Assembly (NCBI GenBank): GCA_049519355.1
Contig: JBEKQV010000002.1
Span: forward strand, 67,479-131,478
DNA length: 64,000 bases
From: Candidatus Microgenomates bacterium
Lineage (GTDB): Bacteria; Patescibacteriota; Microgenomatia; UBA8517
Reading direction: 5' to 3'
The notes beneath the pieces are model-generated. The model had not been told where the DNA came from. It did not search any database and saw only the letters and a list, made by a program, of their open reading frames with translations. The stretch's first letter is position 1. Each line of letters opens with the position of its first letter. Made by a program: the position numbers and the translations under genes. Shown piece after piece: positions 57,146 through 64,000 of the stretch.

Positions 57146-57355
57146 ATGTCAGTTGGTGAGTGGATAAAAAGTAAATTGGGAAAAGGTGAAGGGGATAAGG
57201 ATCCGCGTTTATCGGGAGAGGGCTTACAGCCGACTCGGGTTCCTAGTATTGACGAGTTAAAAAATAGTAGAAAGTGGGGCCAGGAAACTTCAGAACAAGG
57301 TGGAAGCACAAATCCACCTGGCAGCCAGTCAAATCCAGGAGAAAAGATAGGTTAA
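57146..57355 (+). CDS. Hypothetical Gly/Ser/Pro-rich small protein (69 aa)
   Basis: ORF with an AGGAAGG upstream. Low-complexity sequence. Confidence 0.25.
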   Translation: MSVGEWIKSKLGKGEGDKDPRLSGEGLQPTRVPSIDELKNSRKWGQETSEQGGSTNPPGSQSNPGEKIG

Positions 57356-58017
57356 CTTCTAACCCAGACAAGAAAGTTTCTGAAAAGGATTGGAATTTCT
57401 TTGAAGATTACAACTCCCAAGATTACTGCGTACATTATTAAGCCAATCGTAAAGAAAGGTTGAACTTTGAAATCGGTGCCAATAAGAAATCCGTGCAACC
57501 CCGCGATCAAAAATACAACATAATTAAACACATGCAGCTTTCTCCAATTTAGTCTCATCCAAGGGCTAGAGGCTCTGAAAAACCCTGCAAAAACCGTTAC
57601 CGTCAAGAGCCAGAAAGATATCATCCCAAGCGTATAGTAATAACCAGTAGCCGTCTGGCAAAGTAAACATACATTTATAAATACAGCATAAGGATTCCAC
57701 CCTTGACCTATAAAGTGATTGTAAGCCATAAAAATGAGAGGATGCAGCAGTGCCAGTGTGTAAATTAAAATCCCTTCAAAAATATGAAAGCTGAAAACCC
57801 ATGCTCCGAGCTTTTCGGTTAACTTTTCCATAAAAGCTCCCAAAAGTATTTGGGTAAACATGAGTGTAAAAGCCGCGAGACCAAAAATTCTTTGAAGAAA
57901 ATTGGTAATGGTTGAGGGGTACTTGAGAGCAAGGTGCAAAGGAGTTACTCGCAAGGCCGTAATAGGGATCAACAATAAAAGCAAAGTCCAGACTACAAAG
58001 AAAATAAATTTCTTCAT
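57352..58017 (-). CDS. Polytopic membrane protein with conserved His residues (ferric-reductase/cytochrome-b-like?)
   Basis: 221 aa, about 6 TM. Paired His in helices (HIFEG..., LHGFLIG). Family is uncertain. Confidence 0.45.
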   Translation of the reverse strand: MKKFIFFVVWTLLLLLIPITALRVTPLHLALKYPSTITNFLQRIFGLAAFTLMFTQILLGAFMEKLTEKLGAWVFSFHIFEGILIYTLALLHPLIFMAYNHFIGQGWNPYAVFINVCLLCQTATGYYYTLGMISFWLLTVTVFAGFFRASSPWMRLNWRKLHVFNYVVFLIAGLHGFLIGTDFKVQPFFTIGLIMYAVILGVVIFKEIPILFRNFLVWVRS

Positions 58018-58041
58018 AAATCAATTATAAACGATTTTTAG

Positions 58042-58115
58042 TGGTCGCGCCTGGGCTCGAACCAGGGACCTTTGCAATGTGAATGCAACGCTCTAACCAA
58101 CTGAGCTACGCGACC
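58042..58115 (-). tRNA. tRNA-Val (anticodon CAC), CCA not encoded
   Basis: rc folded by hand: acceptor GGTCGCG/CGCGACC, anticodon stem TTGCA/TGCAA with loop TTCACAT, T-loop TTCGAGC, discriminator A. Confidence 0.9.
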
Positions 58116-58183
58116 CTGCCTATATTTTACCACGAGGCTGTGCCCATTGCCGAGTGTCGTGTTTACTTATCATGAAAAAGCCG

Positions 58184-58238
58184 TTGACAGAAAAGACTCT
58201 TTTCTATAGAGTTAAATGTAATGATTCATATCATTACA
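58184..58238 (+). promoter_or_regulatory. Candidate promoter (TTGACA-15 nt-TATAGA) followed by a 22-nt perfect palindrome TGTAATGAT-tcat-ATCATTACA just upstream of the IMPDH-family gene
   Basis: TTGACA at 58184-58189, TATAGA at 58205-58210, palindrome at 58217-58238, ATG at 58243. Confidence 0.3.
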
Positions 58239-58242
58239 GCAT

Positions 58243-59301
58243 ATGAATCAGAAGTTTCCCCTAGCGCTTTCCTACGATGATGTTCTTCTGTCCCCCCAAA
58301 TATCTCAAGTTCAAAGCCGGTCGGACGTAGACTTATCCACGCAAATTTCACCACACGTGAGACTAGCAATTCCACTCATCAGTATAAACATGACCGATGT
58401 TACGGGGGTCGAGATGGCAATAGAGCTCGGAAAGCTAGGTGGCCTGGGATTCTTGCCAAGATTTGAAACTCCCGAGAAACAGGCGGACATGGTAAAAGCG
58501 GTTAAAAAGGAAGGGGTGCCTGTTGGCGCCGCTGTCGGATGCAAAGAAGGCTATTTGGAACGGGCAGAAATGCTTGCAAACGCCGGAGCGGACATAATTA
58601 CTCTTGATGTCGCTCACGGAGGAATGACACAGGCGATTGAAGCAACAACAAAACTAAAAAGAAGCTTCGGGAAAAGGGTTGATATTATTTCAGGAGTGGT
58701 CGGTACTTACGAAACTGCTTATGCACTTTTTAAGGCAGGTGCTGATTCGGTCCGTGTAGGGGTTGGACCGGGAACAATTTGCATAACAAGAATTCAAACA
58801 GGTGTCGGCGTTCCTCAAATAACAGCGGTCCTTGAGGCGGCCAGAGCCGCCAGACGCTTTGGCAAAACAATACTTTGCGACGGCGGAACAAAAAATTCCG
58901 GCGACATTGTTAAAGGATTAGCTGCCGGGTCCTCGGCAGTGGTTATCGGCAGCCAGTTTGCAGGACATAAAGAAACCCCGGGAAAACTAATCGTCATGAA
59001 TGGGCTAAAGTACAAAACTTACAACGCGTCAACTTCTCTAGCCGAAAAACGGATTCACACCAAAAAACTTAAGGGGTTGGCAAAAGATTATACAAATCAC
59101 ATTGAAGGAGTCGAGAGTGTTGTCCCCTATAAGGGTCCTCTGAAAATAAGCATCGAAAATTGGACTGCTAACATTAGATCCGGTCTATCCTATTGCGGGG
59201 CCCGAAACATACCGGAACTTTGGAAAAAAGCAAAATTCTTAAGGATTAGTCCATTAGGAATTAGGGAAAACGGCGCACACGATGTGATACTTGCAAGCTA
59301 A
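58243..59301 (+). CDS. IMP dehydrogenase/GMP reductase family protein (no CBS pair)
   Basis: 352 aa. TIM-barrel motifs and the catalytic-Cys loop VGPGTICITR. The length fits a GMP reductase-like protein or a CBS-less IMPDH. Confidence 0.8.
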   Translation: MNQKFPLALSYDDVLLSPQISQVQSRSDVDLSTQISPHVRLAIPLISINMTDVTGVEMAIELGKLGGLGFLPRFETPEKQADMVKAVKKEGVPVGAAVGCKEGYLERAEMLANAGADIITLDVAHGGMTQAIEATTKLKRSFGKRVDIISGVVGTYETAYALFKAGADSVRVGVGPGTICITRIQTGVGVPQITAVLEAARAARRFGKTILCDGGTKNSGDIVKGLAAGSSAVVIGSQFAGHKETPGKLIVMNGLKYKTYNASTSLAEKRIHTKKLKGLAKDYTNHIEGVESVVPYKGPLKISIENWTANIRSGLSYCGARNIPELWKKAKFLRISPLGIRENGAHDVILAS

Positions 59302-59328
59302 GCCGCTATATTCAATAATGAAGTACCG

Positions 59329-59886
59329 ATGCTTAAAAACCTTGGAACATTCTTTCTTGATATCTTAGAAGTAATCGTATTCGCAGTCGGAATTTTCTTC
59401 TTTGTTTACCTACTCATCATGAGACCTCATAAGATCAGTGGCCAATCGATGATGCCAAATTTTCCCGACGGTGAATATCTTCTTACCGAAAAAGTTACTT
59501 ATTATCTTAGAAACCCCGAAAGAGGCGACGTTGTTGTTTTTACACCTCCTGTTTCCAATACCGACGAATATATTAAAAGGGTGATTGGTCTTCCGGGTGA
59601 AACAATTATGGTACAAAATGGTCAAGTTTACATTAACGATAGACTTCTATCTGAACCATATCTCAAAGACACTGTTGTAACCCAAGGCGGTACGTTCTTA
59701 GCCGACGGACAGGAATACCAAATCCCGCAAGGTGAATACTTCGTTATGGGCGACAACCGTCCGAATTCTTCGGATTCAAGGTATTGGGGCCCAATAACCA
59801 AACCGGTCATAAGTGGCCGGGCGTGGATAGTTTATTGGCCCGTCAGCAATGCGGGAGTCGTTCCAAAACCTCAGTACAATTTCTAA
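59329..59886 (+). CDS. lepB: Signal peptidase I
   Basis: 185 aa. N-terminal TM, SGQSMMPNF (catalytic Ser), KRVIGLPGE (Lys), GDNRPNSSDSRYWG. Confidence 0.85.
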   Translation: MLKNLGTFFLDILEVIVFAVGIFFFVYLLIMRPHKISGQSMMPNFPDGEYLLTEKVTYYLRNPERGDVVVFTPPVSNTDEYIKRVIGLPGETIMVQNGQVYINDRLLSEPYLKDTVVTQGGTFLADGQEYQIPQGEYFVMGDNRPNSSDSRYWGPITKPVISGRAWIVYWPVSNAGVVPKPQYNF

Positions 59887-59894
59887 TTAAACAA

Positions 59895-60737
59895 TCAAGA
59901 GGTGACGGATTTATAGATTTTTTGAAGTGTTTGTTCTGTTTCTTCCAAACCGCCTTTGAGAATAAATACTATTCTGGTTTCTCTTCTTGATCTTATAAGT
60001 TTAACGGAATTTTTCTTTGAACTTTCATCACCGTCTACTTGATTTTCAAGAGCTTTTTCCAAATCCGCCTGCATTTTATCAATCTCCTCAGAAACGATAC
60101 GTACATGTGTATCCGGTGCTCGGGTTTCTTGCTGAGATTTTACCTTCATACGCCTGGCAAGTTCTTCTGCACGTCTTACCGAGCCGCTCTCGCGGAGAAT
60201 AATCTTATAAGCCTCAATCATCAAATTACTGTCATCAATTGCCGCCAAAGCCCTTGCATGACCTTCACTGATTAAACCTGAAAGAAGTCCGTCCTTAAGT
60301 GCGTCCGGAAGTGACAATAGTCTTAAGGAATTGCTGACATAAGCAACACTTTTCCCAATTCTTACCGCAATTTCGCTTGTCGTCAAACCAAACTCATTCA
60401 TTAAACGCTCAAATCCTTTTGCCCTGTCAAGGGGATTCAAATCAACTCTCTGCACATTTTCAACCAAGGCCATTTCGAGCATGCCTTTGGGAGATGTTTC
60501 CCTAATAATTGCGGGAACGTGGGTTAGCCCTGCCAACTTTGAAGCGCGCCATCGTCTCTCACCCGCAATAATCTGAAAACCTGCCGGAGTTTTTGCAACA
60601 ACCAAAGGCTCCAAAATACCGTGTTCACGAATTGAATCAACCAAATCAACTAAACTTTCCGGAGTAATGGCACCACGAGGTTGAAGAGGATTTGGCTGTA
60701 GTTGATTTATCTCGATTTGTATTACTTCTTCGGCCAT
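59895..60737 (-). CDS. parB: Chromosome partitioning protein ParB/Spo0J
   Basis: 280 aa. ParB box GILEPLVV...IIAGERRWRA and an HTH. Confidence 0.85.
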   Translation of the reverse strand: MAEEVIQIEINQLQPNPLQPRGAITPESLVDLVDSIREHGILEPLVVAKTPAGFQIIAGERRWRASKLAGLTHVPAIIRETSPKGMLEMALVENVQRVDLNPLDRAKGFERLMNEFGLTTSEIAVRIGKSVAYVSNSLRLLSLPDALKDGLLSGLISEGHARALAAIDDSNLMIEAYKIILRESGSVRRAEELARRMKVKSQQETRAPDTHVRIVSEEIDKMQADLEKALENQVDGDESSKKNSVKLIRSRRETRIVFILKGGLEETEQTLQKIYKSVTS

Positions 60738-60738
60738 T

Positions 60739-60990
60739 TTATTTAGAAACTACAGAAACAACCTTCTTGCCTAATTTCTTACCTATCTTTATTTTTCCGT
60801 CGGAAATTGAATAAAGACTGTGATCCCTTCCTTCTTTAACACCGACTCCTTTTGTAAATGTTGTGCCTCTTTGACGGATTAAGATTTGGCCTTTTATAAC
60901 TTTTTCCCCATCAGAAACTTTAGCACCAAGTCTCTTACCCGCCGGACTAACATGTTGTGAAGCTTTTCCTCCCGCTTTATGCGTTGACAT
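60739..60990 (-). CDS. rpmA: 50S ribosomal protein L27
   Basis: 83 aa. HKAGGKASQ...GKRLGAKV...GQILIRQRGTTF. Confidence 0.9.
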   Translation of the reverse strand: MSTHKAGGKASQHVSPAGKRLGAKVSDGEKVIKGQILIRQRGTTFTKGVGVKEGRDHSLYSISDGKIKIGKKLGKKVVSVVSK

Positions 60991-61059
60991 ATGTGTTCAG
61001 GACAATATAAAGGAAGTTTTCACAGTTGTCAAGAGGTCAGAGAGTTATAGTTTGATACC

Positions 61060-61383
61060 CTAACCGATTTTTTCAACCAGCAGTCTGGTATATTGGGGTC
61101 TAAATCCTGTGTGTCTCTTGTATCTGCTTTTGGCCTTGAATTTATAGATTTCCACCTTTTCTCCTTTTTCTACTTCCGTTACAACTTTAACTTTTACGGA
61201 AGCATCTTTAAGGGTTGGTTTACCTATACTGACTTTGTCTCCATCCGTAACCATAAGGACTTCAATACCAAATTTTTTAGGATCGGTAAGTTTATCGACA
61301 AGAATCTCCTTGCCTTCTATAGCTTTGTACTGTTTGCCGCCAATTCTTAAAATTGCGTACTTCATATGTCGGTATTTTACCAC
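61060..61383 (-). CDS. rplU: 50S ribosomal protein L21
   Basis: MKYAILRIGGKQYKAIEGKEILVDKL... The true start is probably the internal Met (Met7 of the listed ORF). Confidence 0.85.
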   Translation of the reverse strand: MVKYRHMKYAILRIGGKQYKAIEGKEILVDKLTDPKKFGIEVLMVTDGDKVSIGKPTLKDASVKVKVVTEVEKGEKVEIYKFKAKSRYKRHTGFRPQYTRLLVEKIG

Positions 61384-61432
61384 TAGGCTGTGTGGGTGGC
61401 AAGCTCCGTTTTAGCTTATAACCTACTGTTGA

Positions 61433-62485
61433 TTACTTTTTATAGGCTCCCAGAGCAACCCCCAAACCTATCATTGTCGCCAAAAGGGACGACCCTCCTT
61501 CGGAAAGAAGAGGAAAAGGAACGCCTGTTATCGGCAAAATCCCCATATTCATTCCCACATGAACAAAAATTTGTGCCAAATATATAAGGAAGAATCCGGA
61601 AATATAGGCCCTCGCCGCGGGGGACGTCGACCGTTCCAAAAAGTGTATTAAACTGAGAAGAATTATAAAACTGGCTAAAAGCACAAGACCTGCCCCCAGA
61701 AAACCCAGTTCTTCGGAAATCGTTGCGAAAATAAAATCAGTTTGTTTCTCGGGTAAGAATGACAACTGAGTTTGAGAACCCCTACCTATACCCGTACCGA
61801 AAAAGCCCCCCGATCCTGCAGCAATCGTCGATTGAAGGCTGTTGTAACCGGCTCCTAATGGATCACTGCCCGGCTCCATAAAATTTAATAGCCGTTGTCT
61901 TTGATAAGGTGCCAAAAAATTCCAAAAAAGCGGAATGAGAACCACTATAACGCCAATTCCGATAAAAAGATATTTCTTATCAAACTTACTGGCCAAGATT
62001 ATACCGATAAAACCCACAACCGTTAGTATCGCCACACCCAATGACGGTTGCACAAAAATTAAAAAAACGGGAAGAAGGAGAAGCCCTATGGCTTTCAGTA
62101 GTTTGGGAATCGTAATTTTTCCCTTTACAAGGTAATTCGAGAAAAAAATAAGCAAAAAAGGTCTGACAATTTCGGCCGGCTGGAGACTAAACGGTCCGAC
62201 AGGAATCCATCGGATTGTTCCTCTGGTCACCCGACCAATAATAATTGTCAAAAGCAATAATAAAATACTGACAATATAAAAGTGGTTTGAGAAAAGAGAA
62301 ATGATATCAAAATCTATTTGTGAAAAAAACCAGAAAGCGAGAAGAGCTAAAACAACATAGACAAAATAAAGTGGAAATAAAGACGGGGAAAGAGAGTTAA
62401 GCATAACGACACCAAAAATGACGAGAAAGAAGACGGAAAGAGCAAGATATAGATCTTTTGTCAAAAAACCGAAAAATGAACGCAT
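61433..62485 (-). CDS. SEDS-family peptidoglycan glycosyltransferase (RodA/FtsW)
   Basis: 350 aa, 10 TM. The NSLQSTIAAGSGGFFGTGIGRGSQ...FLPE.QTDFIFA signature. Confidence 0.85.
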   Translation of the reverse strand: MRSFFGFLTKDLYLALSVFFLVIFGVVMLNSLSPSLFPLYFVYVVLALLAFWFFSQIDFDIISLFSNHFYIVSILLLLLTIIIGRVTRGTIRWIPVGPFSLQPAEIVRPFLLIFFSNYLVKGKITIPKLLKAIGLLLLPVFLIFVQPSLGVAILTVVGFIGIILASKFDKKYLFIGIGVIVVLIPLFWNFLAPYQRQRLLNFMEPGSDPLGAGYNSLQSTIAAGSGGFFGTGIGRGSQTQLSFLPEKQTDFIFATISEELGFLGAGLVLLASFIILLSLIHFLERSTSPAARAYISGFFLIYLAQIFVHVGMNMGILPITGVPFPLLSEGGSSLLATMIGLGVALGAYKK

Positions 62486-64000
62486 TTACGAAGATTTTAT
62501 CACTCTAAATACACCTTTTTTAAGATTTAAGATTTGAGCCTTTTTTATCATCCATTGAGTAAGTTCCTTACTCTCCGGAAGTTTATCCAAACTGACGTTC
62601 ACCTTCTGAGTAAGATCTAACCCCAATCTCTTTCTTTCGTCTTGTATCTTTCTTATCAAGTCTCTAACTTCCGCTTCTTCCTTAAGCTCCGGTGTGATTT
62701 TTGTGTTAAGTTTAACCACAATCTCCCCCTTACCCTCCTTAAATGTCACTTCTTTTATATTCAGCTCATCCAAAAGAAGTTTCGTTAGTTCTGAAGTTTG
62801 CAATTTGAAATTCTCTACCTCTAACTTTAGAAGGGGCTGCCTAACGGGAATCCCCAGTTCTTTTCTGATGGCATGTGTTTTTTCAACAATCTCGCGGATT
62901 TTTTGCATCTCATCTATTAAACCGATAGTTTTAGTACCAAGATCCTCCTGTAACTCGGGCCAGTCGGACAAATGAATCGATTCCTCTTTCGTTAGATTCC
63001 TGTAAATAGATTCTGCCATAAACGGAGTAAAAGGAGCCATTAATCTGGTAAGATTCTGCAACACAAAATAAGTTGTCGTATAAAAACCTTCGCGGTCCTT
63101 TGTACTTTCCGCTGACGGCCCTACTCTATCACGCGAGCGCCTTACATACCAAAGTGACAAATCGTCAACAAATTTTTCAATTTCTCCGCTCGCCGAAAAG
63201 GCATCATACCTATCAAGCGCCCGAGTCACCAGAGTGATTGTTTGAGTAAGCCTTACCAAAATCCATTCGTCCAGAATATTCCGTCCGCTTAGTTTGGACC
63301 TTCTGTTTTTGGGAGGCCGCCAGCCATCTAGATTGGAGTAAGTAATAAAAAAATTATAAACATTCCAAAGTTTGAGGTGAAATTTTCTTCTTACCTCATC
63401 TCCTCCTTTATAACTAAAGATTATATTTTCCGCCGGGTTTTGTCGTGCAAACATCCAGCGCATCACATCCACCCCAATTTTATCGGCGCCTTCGCCAAAC
63501 TCAATCATATTACCCGAACTTTTATGCATGACACGTCCGTCTTCTCCTAAAAGAGTCCCAAATCCCAGAACTGTTTTGAATGGATTTGTGTCTTCCAAAA
63601 CCGTACTCATAGCTATCATTGCATAAAACCAATTCTTGAACTGTCCCGGGAAACTTTCGGTAATAAAGTCCGCGGGGAACCATTTTTGCCAATCTTCCTT
63701 ATCACTTAAATATGAAGGTTTGGTGGAAGTTTCTTCGAAACCGCAGGCTTTATTACCCTCACTAATTGTAGAAAATGGAACTATTCCTGCATCAAGCCAC
63801 GGGTTTCCTACCGGCTCTACCCTGGACACAACATTGCCGCACTTGGAACATTTTATTTTTACGGAATCGATTTGGGGTTTATGGGGAGTCTTGCCGTTGA
63901 ATTCTTTCCATCCCTCAACGGCACGTTCCTTAAGTTCGTCTTTAGAACCAATCACTTCAAAATTGTGACACTTCTTGCACTCCCAGATCGGTAAAGCCAA
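62486..64000 (-). CDS. Class I aminoacyl-tRNA synthetase, Ile/Val/Leu subfamily, most likely isoleucine-tRNA ligase (C-terminal about 500 aa; N-terminus is outside the window)
   Basis: Zn knuckle CKKCH...CSKCG, a degenerate KMSKS (HKSSGN), GADVMRWMFA, and the anticodon-binding motif DEWILVRL...LSLWYVRRSRDR, which resembles IleRS DRWIL...LSNWYL. Confidence 0.55.
   Translation of the reverse strand: MALPIWECKKCHNFEVIGSKDELKERAVEGWKEFNGKTPHKPQIDSVKIKCSKCGNVVSRVEPVGNPWLDAGIVPFSTISEGNKACGFEETSTKPSYLSDKEDWQKWFPADFITESFPGQFKNWFYAMIAMSTVLEDTNPFKTVLGFGTLLGEDGRVMHKSSGNMIEFGEGADKIGVDVMRWMFARQNPAENIIFSYKGGDEVRRKFHLKLWNVYNFFITYSNLDGWRPPKNRRSKLSGRNILDEWILVRLTQTITLVTRALDRYDAFSASGEIEKFVDDLSLWYVRRSRDRVGPSAESTKDREGFYTTTYFVLQNLTRLMAPFTPFMAESIYRNLTKEESIHLSDWPELQEDLGTKTIGLIDEMQKIREIVEKTHAIRKELGIPVRQPLLKLEVENFKLQTSELTKLLLDELNIKEVTFKEGKGEIVVKLNTKITPELKEEAEVRDLIRKIQDERKRLGLDLTQKVNVSLDKLPESKELTQWMIKKAQILNLKKGVFRVIKSS

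Noticed and set aside
1-64000. CRISPR arrays, rRNA, tmRNA or RNase P
   Set aside because: No spaced direct repeats or long structured-RNA-like conserved blocks were seen in any intergenic region. All gaps over 100 nt were read individually.

Overview
This 64 kb window looks like a chromosomal segment from a low-GC bacterium with compact, tightly packed genes. The gene content and size pattern resemble a Patescibacteria/CPR-like organism, but that is an inference, not something shown here. About 55 kb is ordinary housekeeping: uvrA, uvrB, uvrC and lexA (SOS), the glycolytic genes eno, gpmI, pps and pgi/pmi, dnaE, gatC-gatA-(MFS)-gatB, ribosomal proteins L19, L21 and L27, ruvC, sod, polX, htpX, lemA, secG, lepB, parB, rodA/ftsW, a partial ileS-like gene, and a cell-envelope glycosylation locus. 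Five tRNAs are present (His, Asp, Gly, Thr, Val). The stand-out region is about 9 kb inserted at the 3' end of tRNA-His (about 1356-10460). It starts with a large serine recombinase whose C-terminal codons overlap the tRNA 3' end on the opposite strand. Next come several tiny unlisted ORFs and a replication-initiator-like HTH protein. The cargo looks like defence genes: a TIR-like domain fused to an unknown ~200 aa beta-rich domain, an XRE regulator, a membrane-anchored protein, a complete Type III restriction-modification pair (mod/res), and a stand-alone FtsH-type (M41) HExxH peptidase domain with no ATPase. I consider this putative integrative defence island, especially the TIR fusion and the orphan M41 domain, the best candidate for an undescribed system. 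Other points worth a second look: a GGDEF-like protein with a GGDDF motif between gatB and dnaE, an MFS gene splitting the gat operon, promoters with an extended -10 placed so close to start codons that the mRNAs would be leaderless, and operator-like palindromes near lexA/uvrB/uvrA and upstream of an IMPDH-family gene. No CRISPR array or rRNA was seen.
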